64,000 nt of DNA from Promethearchaeota archaeon. Its GTDB lineage: Archaea > Asgardarchaeota > Lokiarchaeia > Sigyniarchaeales > SOKP01. Under the pieces are notes generated by a model. It was not told the origin of the DNA and searched no databases. It worked only from the letters and a program-made list of their open reading frames with translations. Of this stretch, positions 19,140 through 29,470 are shown one piece after another (position 1 is the stretch's first letter; every line of letters starts with the position of its first letter). The translations under genes were made by a program, and so were the position numbers. Where the stretch lies: NCBI GenBank assembly GCA_019058365.1, contig JAHPZE010000005.1, positions 64,001-128,000 on the forward strand, written 5' to 3'.

Positions 19140-20027
19140 ATGTCAAATTCAGAATCAGAAAAAGAATATTGGAGATGGACTGAATCCCGTTATACAAACC
19201 CAGATCTAAAATGGGAATCCGCAGATGTTATATCAGCAGGTGTAGACGTCGGTTCGGTAAGTACTCAAGCCGTAATAATGTTAGATGGAGAAATATATTG
19301 TTATTCAAGCATGCGAACTGGATCAAATAGCCCAGATAGTGCTAATAATGCTATGGATTGGGCACTTGAGGGTACTGGTTTAACTTTAGATAAAATTCAA
19401 TATGTAGTTGGAACAGGATATGGCCGTGTTAATGTTCCATTCGCAAAACGAGCGATCACAGAAATTGCATGTCATGCACGAGGGGCTAACTTTATTTATG
19501 GACCTGAGATAAGAACGGTATTAGACATGGGTGGTCAAGATTGTAAAGCAATACGTTGTGATCAGCGTGGAAAAGTAACTGCTTTCCTCATGAATGATAA
19601 ATGTGCAGCAGGAACAGGTAGAGGTATGGAAGTTTTTGCTGATTTACTTCAAGTGCATATTAATGATGTAGGGAAAATGTCTTTAAATGTAGATAAAGAA
19701 CCTGAACCAGTTAGTAGTACTTGTGTAGTTTTTGCAAAATCAGAAGCAGTGGGGTTACTTCGAAAAGGATGGCCAAAAGAAAAAGTTTTAGCAGCATATT
19801 GTTCAGCTATGGCACATCGAGTGGTAACTCTTTTATTACGGCTCGGAATTGAAGAAAAGTTTGCAATAACTGGTGGAATTGCTAAAAATATTGGAGTGGT
19901 TAAAAGAATCGAAGATGAATTGAAATTGAAAGCACCAGAACCTAGTATCGATCCACAAATTGCAGGAGCTATCGGTGCTGCTTTGTTTGCGAAAGCTCTT
20001 GTTGAAAAGGAACGAAAAAAAGCTTAA
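19140..20027 (+). CDS. bzdQ: Benzoyl-CoA reductase activator subunit Q (ASKHA ATPase)
   Basis: EYWRW, GVDVGSVS, EIACHARG, DMGGQDCK, NDKCAAGTGRG, SSTCVVFAKSE; GGAGGT RBS before ATG 19140. Confidence 0.92.
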   Translation: MSNSESEKEYWRWTESRYTNPDLKWESADVISAGVDVGSVSTQAVIMLDGEIYCYSSMRTGSNSPDSANNAMDWALEGTGLTLDKIQYVVGTGYGRVNVPFAKRAITEIACHARGANFIYGPEIRTVLDMGGQDCKAIRCDQRGKVTAFLMNDKCAAGTGRGMEVFADLLQVHINDVGKMSLNVDKEPEPVSSTCVVFAKSEAVGLLRKGWPKEKVLAAYCSAMAHRVVTLLLRLGIEEKFAITGGIAKNIGVVKRIEDELKLKAPEPSIDPQIAGAIGAALFAKALVEKERKKA

Positions 20028-20065
20028 ATTTATTTTAAATTAAATAAAAAAATAAAGGGAAGTTA

Positions 20066-20353
20066 ATGACAAAAGCTAATTATGGCTACAAGGACGGTTC
20101 AGGAGAATATTTTATTACTATTGATACCGAATTATGCACTTCATGTGGAAAATGCGTAGAAGTTTGCCCAGCTGGTGTTCTCGAAATGGCGGAAGATGAG
20201 TTAGATCCCTTAGGGGATGAAATTATTGCAACTGTGTCTGAAGTACACCGTAAAAAAATCAAATATTCATGTGCTCCTTGTAAAGGTGGTGAAACACAAG
20301 AATTACCTTGTGTTAAAGCCTGTGAACCAGGAGCTATAACTCATTCTTGGTAA
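20066..20353 (+). CDS. bzdM: BCR-associated ferredoxin
   Basis: ANYGYKDGSGEYFITIDT, CTSCGKCVEVCP, IKYSCAPCK...PCVKAC...ITHSW. Confidence 0.85.
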   Translation: MTKANYGYKDGSGEYFITIDTELCTSCGKCVEVCPAGVLEMAEDELDPLGDEIIATVSEVHRKKIKYSCAPCKGGETQELPCVKACEPGAITHSW

Positions 20354-20429
20354 TATTAGACAAGATTAAAATTCTCTTACATCCTTATTTCTTTATTCTA
20401 GGTTTTTATACAAATTTTTTAGTTGATAA

Positions 20430-23225
20430 TTGATATTAATGAAGGACAAAATAAAGAAATTTAAACTACGAATTAAATTTGATCGTATATTAGATACTTT
20501 TTTGAACAACAAATTATGGAGAAAATGGTGGAATTATTGTCAGAATAGAAGTAATATTAATTACTATCTATTATTAGCGCTAGGAAGACTATTTGAAAGA
20601 ATTGATAAATATAATTTTAAAGAATTTGATCTTTATTGTATTGGACATAGCCATTTGGATGCATGTTGGTTATGGACTAAGCTTTCAACAATTAGAAGAG
20701 CAATAGTCACATTTCAGCGAAACATTGAACATTTCGAGAAGTTTCCCTTTTATACATTTTCTCAAACCACTCCTCAATACTATGATTGGGTTAGACGCTT
20801 AAGACCTAGCCTTTTTCAAAAAATTCAAGATTATGAAAAATTAGGTCGTTGGGAAATAATAGGTGGTATGTGGGTTGAACCTGATCTTAATTTACCAAAT
20901 GGAGAATCTCTTGTTCGACAAAGATTATTTGGTCAAATTTTTTATCTTGAACATTTCGGGAAAATAGCCAGAATAGAGAGCTTAGAGGATTCTTTTGGAT
21001 TTAATGCCCAGCTTCCCCAGATTCTGATAAAGAGTGGAGCTGATGTGTTTTGGACTACAAAAATAACTTGGAATGACCTCACAGAATTTCCATTTGCAAA
21101 TTTTTTTTGGCAAGGTATTGATGGGTCTGAGATCTTTACCCATATGTATAAATGTAATTGGAGTGTGTTTACTGCTTTATCTTTATATAAAAGAAGTGGA
21201 CGAAAAATAACAAAACCTAATCTAGTTTTTGATTCATTATCCGAACAAGAATATATTGAATCTTGTTTATCAGATGATTGGATAAAGACATGTGGGATAT
21301 TTTTTGGCTTTGGAGATGGGGGAATGGGGCCAATTAGAGAAGAAATTGAGTTACTTGGGAAATTAGCAAGAGGTAAACAATTATCTTTTCGTAATTGTGA
21401 GCAATATTTTATGATGTTAAGAAAAGAATGTGATGAAATTTTACCAATCTGGAATGATGAGCTTTATTTAGAAGTTCATAGAGGAGTTTATACAACACAA
21501 GCAAATACCAAAAAGCTCAATCGTTTCTGTGAAATTAGTCTTAGGAATTGGGAAATCTTATTATCTTTAGCAAGTGTAATGTTCAAAAATTTTAGTTATC
21601 CCTTTAAGGAAGTTGAAAAATCGTGGAAAGTATTATTGTTCAACCAATTTCATGACATACTTCCCGGTTCAAGTATACAAGATGTATACTATGAACAAGA
21701 AAAAGAAATGGAAGCTCTCCTACAAAAAATAAATAATTCCATTTCAATGACATTACAGTCTTTTTTAATAACGTTTCTGAAAAATAATAAGCTAACATAT
21801 CAAAGACAAATGAAAGATTATGCTTTAATATTTAATTCATTACCTTGGGAACGAGATGGTATCCTGAAAATAAGTAGTGAACCTGAAAATCAGAGAGAGA
21901 AAGTTTTACAAATTAAAAACCTTCCACCGTTATCTTTTCGAGTTATAGATTTTGAAAAATTGAATTCTGAAGAAAGAATAGATACGATGGGAAAGAGTAA
22001 ATTAAATATTGATTATCATAAGAAGGAAATCTCTATTGCCAATTCAAAACTCCATATTGCAATTAACAATCTTACTGGAAAAATTACTTCAATAGTATAT
22101 AAAAAAAGAAATAAAGAGATCATCAGAAATCCTGATGGAATAGGTTTACATATTTATAAGGAAAAGCGACATAAAAACCCTGCTTGGAATATTTATAGAG
22201 GATATACCTCAAATAAAATAAAAAGATTAATCTTGAATAATTTTCAGATTATTGTTGATACTAAAAAGAAAATAACCATCAAATTTACATATTTTTTTAA
22301 TAAAACGATACTTCATCATTATATTTCGGTAAGAGCTGATTCAGATCTTATAGAATTTAGGACTGATATTGATACTCATGATAAATCTCTTTTCTTTAAA
22401 GTGAGATTTCCATTCAATTTAGAAACTGATTTTCTAACAGCTGAAATTCCTTATGGAAATGTAAGAAGAAGAATTATAGCCGAAAAATATTATGAGAAAG
22501 GAAAATGGGAATTCCCAGCTCAAAAATATGTTGATATTTCAGAATCAAATATGGGAGTCACAATTTTAAACAATTCGAAATATGGTTTTAGTTCTAATAA
22601 AAATGGCGTTTATCTCTCATTATTGCGAACACCGCTACGAGCTAAATCAATTTTCTATTCTTATCTAGACTTAGTTCCGAAAAAAGAAAGAACAAAATGT
22701 GCGGATATTGGAATGCATTCAATTCATTATGCTTTATGGATTCACGAAGGAGATTTTATCAAGTCATCTGCATGGAGGAAAGGTTATGAGTATAATTATC
22801 CGCTACTTTTTGAAAGGTTCAATGAAATAGCTAGTAGTGATTTTGATAAACTTAACATCAGAGATGATTTTAAAAACAGCTTGAAGGAAGATTTGTCGTT
22901 AATTTCTATATCAAATCCCAATATTATATTACAAGCTATTAAGAATCCAGAAAAGAAGATATTAGAACTTGAAAAATCAAGTATCCAACAAAATATGGAT
23001 AATATAGTGTTAATTATAAGATTATTTGAGACTTCTGGAAATTCTCAACAAGATGTTGAGATTATATTTAATGACTTTTTTAGGATTTTAAATGCTGTAG
23101 AAACAGATCTTTTAGAAAGAGAGTTAAATAATAGTGAAATTAGCTTAAAATCCAATAAAATTCGTTTAGATTTTAAGAAGTTTGAAATAAAAACTTTAAA
23201 ATTAAAAATCTCAATTAAAAAGTAA
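20430..23225 (+). CDS. Glycoside hydrolase family 38 alpha-mannosidase
   Basis: GHSHLDACWLW, GGMWVEPD, DSFGF (nucleophile), FGFGDGG, ELYLEVHRGVYT, NQFHDILPGSS. Confidence 0.93.
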   Translation: MILMKDKIKKFKLRIKFDRILDTFLNNKLWRKWWNYCQNRSNINYYLLLALGRLFERIDKYNFKEFDLYCIGHSHLDACWLWTKLSTIRRAIVTFQRNIEHFEKFPFYTFSQTTPQYYDWVRRLRPSLFQKIQDYEKLGRWEIIGGMWVEPDLNLPNGESLVRQRLFGQIFYLEHFGKIARIESLEDSFGFNAQLPQILIKSGADVFWTTKITWNDLTEFPFANFFWQGIDGSEIFTHMYKCNWSVFTALSLYKRSGRKITKPNLVFDSLSEQEYIESCLSDDWIKTCGIFFGFGDGGMGPIREEIELLGKLARGKQLSFRNCEQYFMMLRKECDEILPIWNDELYLEVHRGVYTTQANTKKLNRFCEISLRNWEILLSLASVMFKNFSYPFKEVEKSWKVLLFNQFHDILPGSSIQDVYYEQEKEMEALLQKINNSISMTLQSFLITFLKNNKLTYQRQMKDYALIFNSLPWERDGILKISSEPENQREKVLQIKNLPPLSFRVIDFEKLNSEERIDTMGKSKLNIDYHKKEISIANSKLHIAINNLTGKITSIVYKKRNKEIIRNPDGIGLHIYKEKRHKNPAWNIYRGYTSNKIKRLILNNFQIIVDTKKKITIKFTYFFNKTILHHYISVRADSDLIEFRTDIDTHDKSLFFKVRFPFNLETDFLTAEIPYGNVRRRIIAEKYYEKGKWEFPAQKYVDISESNMGVTILNNSKYGFSSNKNGVYLSLLRTPLRAKSIFYSYLDLVPKKERTKCADIGMHSIHYALWIHEGDFIKSSAWRKGYEYNYPLLFERFNEIASSDFDKLNIRDDFKNSLKEDLSLISISNPNIILQAIKNPEKKILELEKSSIQQNMDNIVLIIRLFETSGNSQQDVEIIFNDFFRILNAVETDLLERELNNSEISLKSNKIRLDFKKFEIKTLKLKISIKK

Positions 23226-23254
23226 TTAATTTTATGTTTAATTATCTTTAGAGA

Positions 23255-25786
23255 GTGTTTAACATGGAAACATTATCAATTACAATAAATGGTACCAAAC
23301 TTGATGTCAAAAAAGAGAGTAGTGTTTTAGAAGCTGCACTTAATGCTGAAATTTATATTCCTAGTCTCTGTGCTCATCCGGATTTACCACCTTTGGTTGG
23401 ATTAAAGCCAAATAAAGAAGTTTTTCAAGGGAGAAATAAATTCAATAACTCTGATTCCAATGAGCATCAGGGATGTCAACTTTGTGTAGTAAAAGTAGAA
23501 GGAATAGATGGTTTAACGACGTCTTGTAGTACTATTGTAAAGGAAGGAATGATAATAACAACAGATTCACCAGAGATTCAAAAGTTTCGTCGTGAAAAGT
23601 TAATGAATATCCTTTCAAAACATCCTCATGCATGTTTGATGTGTGCTCAACGTGAAGGTTGTCCTCGGGAACCATGCTCACCTAATGTTCCCGTTGAAGA
23701 GCGTTGTTGTCCAATCTTGGGAAGATGTGAACTTCAAAAAGTTGCAGAATATATTGGAATTCCAGAAGATACTCAACGTTATAAACCTCAAGGACGTGCG
23801 ATAATTGAGGATGAACCACTTTTTATTCGAAATTATGAATTGTGTATTGGTTGTACTAGGTGTGTTAGGGTATGCCGAGATGTGCGTGGAATTGAGGCAT
23901 TGGGATTTGTATATTCTAACGGAGAAACCGTGGTTGGAAGTCTTGCACCTTCTTTAAAAGAGTCAGGATGTAAATTCTGTGGAGCTTGTATTGAGGTTTG
24001 TCCAACGGGAGCACTTACAGATAAAGATATCCTATGGGCCGAGCGTGAAAAATTACTTGTTCCTTGTAGAGAAGCTTGTCCATTAAAGATCGATGTACCA
24101 CGTTATATTCGATTAATTTCAGAACAGAAATATGCTGAAGCCGCAGCAGTTGTTCGAGAAAAAACACCATTTCCATCAGTTCTAGGAAGAGTTTGTTTTC
24201 ATGATTGTGAAATTGAATGTCGTCGTAACCAAATTAATGACCCTATTGCCATTTGTGCTTTAAAGCGTTTTGCTATGGATCATGATAGTGAAATATGGAA
24301 AAATAAAATAAATTTCAAACCTTCAACTGGCAAGAAAGTTGCTGTTGTAGGTTCAGGTCCATCCGGATTAACAGCATCGTATTATTTAAGAAGATTGGGT
24401 CATTCTGTTAGTGTATTTGAAGCTAATTCTTATTTAGGGGGTATGTTAAGATTAGGAATACCAGAATACAGATTGCCACTAGCAGTCCTTCAGAAAGATC
24501 TCGATTATATTTTAGGTATAGGAATTGATGTTCAAACTGATAAAGTTGTAGGAGAGCATTTATCACTTGAAGATTTGCAAAATCAGGGTTTTAATGCAAT
24601 ATTTTTAGCTATAGGAGCACAAAATACCAAAAAGCTTAAAATTGAAGGCTTAAATTTACCAAATATTCTTTGGGGTCTTGATTTTCTTAAAAAAGTTAAT
24701 CTAGGTGAAGAAGTAAAAGTTCCAAATAGTGTTATTGTTATTGGTGGAGGTAATGTAGCTATAGATGTAGCTTTAACAGCCAAACGATTAGGTGCTAAAG
24801 ATGTACATTTAACTTGTCTGGAATGCAGAGAAGAAATGCCTGCTCATGAATGGGAAATTCAGAAAGCAATGGATGAAGGGATAACACTTGATTGTTCTTG
24901 GGGTCCAAAACAAATTATTGATAAGGATGGTGAGATATCTGAAGTTGAGTTAATCCATTGCGATTCCGTATTCGATGATGAACATCTATTTAATCCTGCG
25001 TTTGATGATAATAATACAAAATCAATTAAAACTAAAATGGTTATATTGGCAATTGGGCAAATTCCAGATTTGTCTCTTTTAGGAAGTGAAAGCAAAATTA
25101 AAATATCAGCTTCAGGTCTAATAGAGGTAAAAGATGGAACGTTACAAACAAATATTGCCGGAATTTTTGCAGGTGGTGAAGTTATAAATAGTCCCAGTTC
25201 TGTAGTTGATGCGATTGAAATGGGTCGAAGAGCAACTAGTTCAATTGATAAATATTTAGGAGGAAATGGGGATATTGAAGATGAGTTTGTTGAAAAAGAT
25301 ATTCCTAATCCAAATCTAGGACGTGATGATAAGTTTTACGATAAAGCACGTGTTCAAATGCCACTCCTATCTTTAAATGAACGACAAAACAGTTTTAATG
25401 AAATTGAATTAGGGTTTAATGAAGAATTAGCAATTGAAGAAGCCAACCGATGTTTAAGATGTGATCTACGCTTTAAAATCTCCCCTGTACTGTTTCCACC
25501 TCAGAGATGGTTAGAATTAAATTCAGATAATATACAGACTGTACCTGAAGCGGAAGGTGTTATTCAAATTTTAAATGAAAATCAAGAGATTATATTAATT
25601 CAAGGAACTCCTAATTTACGCAAAGCAATGGAAGAACAATTAGCGTCAAAGTCAAATGCTTGTTTTTTTGATTACGACGAGGATCCTATGTTCACAAAAA
25701 GAGAAAGTGAAATGCTTCAACAATTCATGCAACAATTCGGAAGGTTCCCAGAGGAAAATGAAGATTTAGATGATGATCTCTTTTAA
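23255..25786 (+). CDS. bzdV: BzdV-like multi-Fe-S FAD-dependent NAD(P)H:ferredoxin oxidoreductase
   Basis: N-terminal 2Fe-2S and 4Fe-4S motifs, GltD-like core (CPLKIDVPRY, GRVC, VVGSGPSG, IGGGNVAID), EANRCLRCD and C-terminal EDPMFTKRESE...DDDLF domain. Confidence 0.78.
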   Translation: MFNMETLSITINGTKLDVKKESSVLEAALNAEIYIPSLCAHPDLPPLVGLKPNKEVFQGRNKFNNSDSNEHQGCQLCVVKVEGIDGLTTSCSTIVKEGMIITTDSPEIQKFRREKLMNILSKHPHACLMCAQREGCPREPCSPNVPVEERCCPILGRCELQKVAEYIGIPEDTQRYKPQGRAIIEDEPLFIRNYELCIGCTRCVRVCRDVRGIEALGFVYSNGETVVGSLAPSLKESGCKFCGACIEVCPTGALTDKDILWAEREKLLVPCREACPLKIDVPRYIRLISEQKYAEAAAVVREKTPFPSVLGRVCFHDCEIECRRNQINDPIAICALKRFAMDHDSEIWKNKINFKPSTGKKVAVVGSGPSGLTASYYLRRLGHSVSVFEANSYLGGMLRLGIPEYRLPLAVLQKDLDYILGIGIDVQTDKVVGEHLSLEDLQNQGFNAIFLAIGAQNTKKLKIEGLNLPNILWGLDFLKKVNLGEEVKVPNSVIVIGGGNVAIDVALTAKRLGAKDVHLTCLECREEMPAHEWEIQKAMDEGITLDCSWGPKQIIDKDGEISEVELIHCDSVFDDEHLFNPAFDDNNTKSIKTKMVILAIGQIPDLSLLGSESKIKISASGLIEVKDGTLQTNIAGIFAGGEVINSPSSVVDAIEMGRRATSSIDKYLGGNGDIEDEFVEKDIPNPNLGRDDKFYDKARVQMPLLSLNERQNSFNEIELGFNEELAIEEANRCLRCDLRFKISPVLFPPQRWLELNSDNIQTVPEAEGVIQILNENQEIILIQGTPNLRKAMEEQLASKSNACFFDYDEDPMFTKRESEMLQQFMQQFGRFPEENEDLDDDLF

Positions 25787-25813
25787 ATTTTGATAAAGAA
25801 GAGATGAAATGTT

Positions 25814-27487
25814 ATGGATTTACCTGAATATATAAAAAGTAGATATTGGAAAGACTATTTGCCTGAAGGAGTTCCTTTAGAATTAGAAATACCTGAAAAT
25901 ATTTCTCTATGTGATTTATTCGAAAAATATACTGAAGAATATAAGAATAAAACTTTCATAGTATATGATAATAAAGAATACACATACAAGCATATACAAG
26001 AACTAACGTTAAGATTTAGCAATGCATTATTAAAATTAGGGTTAAAGAAAGGAGATGTAGCAGCATTATGGTTAACAAATTGTCCACAGTTCATTATAAG
26101 CTATTTTGCTGTATTGAATATTGGTGGAACAGTGACTGCTATTAGTCCATTATATATAGTAAGAGAATTAGCTCACCAAATTAGAGATTCAGGTGCGAAA
26201 TATCTCATTATGATTGATAGTCTCTTTAGTGAATTTAAAAAAGCAGAAGATCAATTAAAATTGGAAAAAGTAATTCTAGTTAACCTTAAGGATGGAATTC
26301 CAATTAAAACCAAATCCGATAAATTTATTTATTTTAATAATTTAATGGAACAAAACCCTGAATCATTTCCTACACCAGAACTTAAAATTAAACCAAAAAA
26401 AGATATTGCTGTTATTCAATATACTGGTGGAACAACAGATTCTCCAAAAGGAGCATGCTTATCACATTTTAATTTAGTTGCTAATAGTCTACAATTCAGA
26501 CAAGTTAATGAATATCTTAAAGATAAATTTCTTAAGGAAGATTTAGTATCTATCTTTGTACTCCCATGGTATCACATCTTCGGTCAAATAGTGGAAATGG
26601 TATCTGCTCTTTTTATTGGTTCGAAAGCATTTGTATTAAAAGGTTTTAATCTAGAAAAAATCTTTGAAATATTAAGGAAATATAAGCCAAATTCATTGTT
26701 CGGTGTACCTACTATGTATATTAATCTCCTAAATTCATCTTTTAATGAAAATGTTGATATGTCATGCTTAAAATCTACTCATGTTGGAGCAACTCCAATG
26801 CCAATTGAAGCAGCAAAAGAATGGGAGAAGAGAAGCGGATTTGCGTTAGGAGAGGGTTATGGACTCACTGAGGCTAGCCCTGGTGTGGCTATTTCTCCAC
26901 CTTGGTCAAGAAAAAAACCTGGAAGCTGTGGTCATCCATTACCTAACACTTTAGTAGGGATAATTAATGAAAGATTGGAATTTCTACCTTTTGAAAATGC
27001 TGGCGAATTAGTTGTTTCAGGACCTCAAGTAATGATGGGTTATCATAATAGCCCTGAAGAGAATAAAAAAGTATTTTTTAAGACAGCTGGTTATAGATGG
27101 TTAAGGACGGGAGATCTTGCTAAAATTGATGAAGAAGGATATATCTATATTTTGGATCGAATCAAGGATATGATAAAATATAAAGGACACAGTGTTTATC
27201 CTAGAGAGGTTGAAGAGGTTTTATATGAACATCCCGCTGTTTTAGAGTGTTGTGTAATTGGGGTACAGGATCCTATCAAAGGAGAGGATATAAAAGCCTG
27301 TATTATTCTCCAGGATGAATTTAAAGATAGGATTAGCGAGCAGGAAATTATTAATTGGAGTAAAGATAAAATAGCAGCTTATATGTATCCTAGAATTATA
27401 GAATTTGTAAATAACTTGCCAAAAAGTCCTGCTGGAAAGGTTTTAAGAAGAAAACTAAGAGAAAATGAAGAAAGAAAGAAGAAATAA
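25814..27487 (+). CDS. Long-chain-fatty-acid--CoA ligase (FadD-like)
   Basis: QYTGGTTDSPKG, EGYGLTEASP, WLRTGD, PKSPAGK. Confidence 0.9.
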   Translation: MDLPEYIKSRYWKDYLPEGVPLELEIPENISLCDLFEKYTEEYKNKTFIVYDNKEYTYKHIQELTLRFSNALLKLGLKKGDVAALWLTNCPQFIISYFAVLNIGGTVTAISPLYIVRELAHQIRDSGAKYLIMIDSLFSEFKKAEDQLKLEKVILVNLKDGIPIKTKSDKFIYFNNLMEQNPESFPTPELKIKPKKDIAVIQYTGGTTDSPKGACLSHFNLVANSLQFRQVNEYLKDKFLKEDLVSIFVLPWYHIFGQIVEMVSALFIGSKAFVLKGFNLEKIFEILRKYKPNSLFGVPTMYINLLNSSFNENVDMSCLKSTHVGATPMPIEAAKEWEKRSGFALGEGYGLTEASPGVAISPPWSRKKPGSCGHPLPNTLVGIINERLEFLPFENAGELVVSGPQVMMGYHNSPEENKKVFFKTAGYRWLRTGDLAKIDEEGYIYILDRIKDMIKYKGHSVYPREVEEVLYEHPAVLECCVIGVQDPIKGEDIKACIILQDEFKDRISEQEIINWSKDKIAAYMYPRIIEFVNNLPKSPAGKVLRRKLRENEERKKK

Positions 27488-27563
27488 TATGAATGAAGAA
27501 TTTAGATTTCTTTTTTAACCTAAGTTCCTAAATTTCTATTTTTTTCGGTTTATTAAACGATTA

Positions 27564-29189
27564 TCAGCTCATAACAGGGAGGATAATCGCGGATGGATGA
27601 ATAGAGTCGTGATATACGGTCTGTTCGGCAATAAGGAGCTTTGTTGCCGTTGCTAACGGTTCTCCAGTACCAAAATTACGTACAAAACGTGGGTGAGCAC
27701 CACTCGATACTTGAAGTCGTATGCGATGCTTACGAAGGAAACAATATGCTGTTGGCCAGAGGTTAATAATGATCTTGATATACTTGTTAAATTCTTGCTT
27801 AAACTTACCTGGCATTAAACGGAGTATTCCGTCACAAATATTAATAGACTTACCCGAGGAATTAACATCACAAAGACGTGCAAAGAAATCTGTATAATCG
27901 AGGTTTGAACGGACATAGAGCTCAGCTTGTATAGGGCCGATAACCTCTAGATTTTGTTCAAGCTTAGCACTTGTATACACAAGTACGTCTGCTCTAGATT
28001 CTAAATCATTATTCTTTTTCGAACCTGAATTTGGACCAAGTATTGAACCACCTACTGCCGGTGTAGGGTCGCTAGGATCGTAGCGATAATGATCAGGCTC
28101 GGATTCTGTAGGAACCTCAGGGCTTAAACCATTATTAGGTTGGAGATGCCAATGTTGTAGTAGAGTACCTGATGGTGGCCAATCCAAGAAATTCCGCCAT
28201 TCATTAGTCCCCATAATAAAGAGTCTAACAGGTTCCTCCCGGAGTTCGCTAAAATCACCACTGAGGTGAGCATGGAACCATGGGATCGCTTCGCGTACGC
28301 CTGTTATCATAACAGCCATATCATCATGCTTCCAAGGACCGATGGTAAGGAATGGTTGATGACCTGCTTTACGAAGAATTGCATAATCTCTGAGTTGCCA
28401 TGGAAGGAAGATGTCGTACCAACCACCAACCATATTAATTGGTACGGACAGCTCAGTTAATGTTTTTCTAAAGTCTGTTTGCTTCCAATATTCATCTTCA
28501 GGATTGGTGTGTTCGAGCCAATCCTGCCAATGAGGTACTACTTTCCCAATTGCGAGTTCAACGGCGTCCTGTAAGGGTAGATGATTTAAAGCAGGAATTA
28601 ATTTTTTATCTGAAATGTTACGACGGAGGCTGGAACCCTTCATGGTGGCAGTCATTGTAGTCCAAGACAAACCACCATGGAGTGAGAAAGATCCCCCAGG
28701 ATAATGCACGTAACCGAAATCAGAGGTGCAAACTTGAGTAGCCATCGCTTTTAGTATAGATCCAGCATCACGTCCTACTGTCCACTGGGCATAACCGAGA
28801 TAACTTGGACCATTGGTGACAAGTTCGCCGGAGAACCAATCCCTTTTTTTGATCCATTCAATGGTAGCGATGCCATCATCATGCTCATTAAAGAAGGGAT
28901 AAAATTGGCCCCCCGAGCCGAATGTTCCCCGACAACTCTGAATCAGTGCTTGAAATCCGCGCTCTGCAAAGAATCGTCCGTACAGGAGACCGAAAAAAAT
29001 ACGCCTACCATAGGGGGAACGAACGAGTACAGTCGGAAGTTTGCTATCTCCACGAGGATAATAATGATCTGCCAACAACTCAACGCCATCGGGCATTGGA
29101 ACCTTGAGATCGCGTTCAACCAAGATTTTACGAGTTTCAGCTGGTGGAAGTTTCAGTATCTTACCAAATATACGGCTAAGAATTGTCAT
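27564..29189 (-). CDS. CocE/NonD-family serine hydrolase
   Basis: RSPYGR, GPSYLG (Ser), GGWYD (Asp), IGPWKH (His), C-terminal PepX-C domain. Start placed at ATG 29189. Confidence 0.92.
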   Translation of the reverse strand: MTILSRIFGKILKLPPAETRKILVERDLKVPMPDGVELLADHYYPRGDSKLPTVLVRSPYGRRIFFGLLYGRFFAERGFQALIQSCRGTFGSGGQFYPFFNEHDDGIATIEWIKKRDWFSGELVTNGPSYLGYAQWTVGRDAGSILKAMATQVCTSDFGYVHYPGGSFSLHGGLSWTTMTATMKGSSLRRNISDKKLIPALNHLPLQDAVELAIGKVVPHWQDWLEHTNPEDEYWKQTDFRKTLTELSVPINMVGGWYDIFLPWQLRDYAILRKAGHQPFLTIGPWKHDDMAVMITGVREAIPWFHAHLSGDFSELREEPVRLFIMGTNEWRNFLDWPPSGTLLQHWHLQPNNGLSPEVPTESEPDHYRYDPSDPTPAVGGSILGPNSGSKKNNDLESRADVLVYTSAKLEQNLEVIGPIQAELYVRSNLDYTDFFARLCDVNSSGKSINICDGILRLMPGKFKQEFNKYIKIIINLWPTAYCFLRKHRIRLQVSSGAHPRFVRNFGTGEPLATATKLLIAEQTVYHDSIHPSAIILPVMS

Positions 29190-29470
29190 GACATCTATTA
29201 ACATTTTCTTTTTTATAAATATTTTTAATAATATCCTTAAAAATTGGATAACTAATCTTTGAGATTTTGTCATGATACACAAGAAAACTCGCTCCTTTTG
29301 GGGTTTGAGGAATTGAGTTTGAATCGGCACGATTCGTGAATCTTCTGGAGCAGTTTTTTGTAAACTAGGAATCCGTTTGTTTTAGCTAGTGTTAGTTCAA
29401 ATTATAAAAGTAATGAAAAATTATAATGGTACAAAGAATTCTAATTTCAAGAATTAAATAAACATTTAAA

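Noticed and set aside
25490-25786. C-terminal domain of the BzdV-like protein as a GIY-YIG nuclease or homing element
   Set aside because: The resemblance (EGVIQI...ILIQGTPNLR) is degenerate and lacks the catalytic tyrosines; it appears to be the normal BzdV C-terminal domain.
5098-27487. Either CoA ligase (5098-6678, 25814-27487) as a canonical benzoate-CoA ligase
   Set aside because: Both lack the benzoate-CoA ligase signatures I recall (YSSGSTG, FAYGLGN) and look like general or fatty acyl-CoA ligases; substrate left unassigned.
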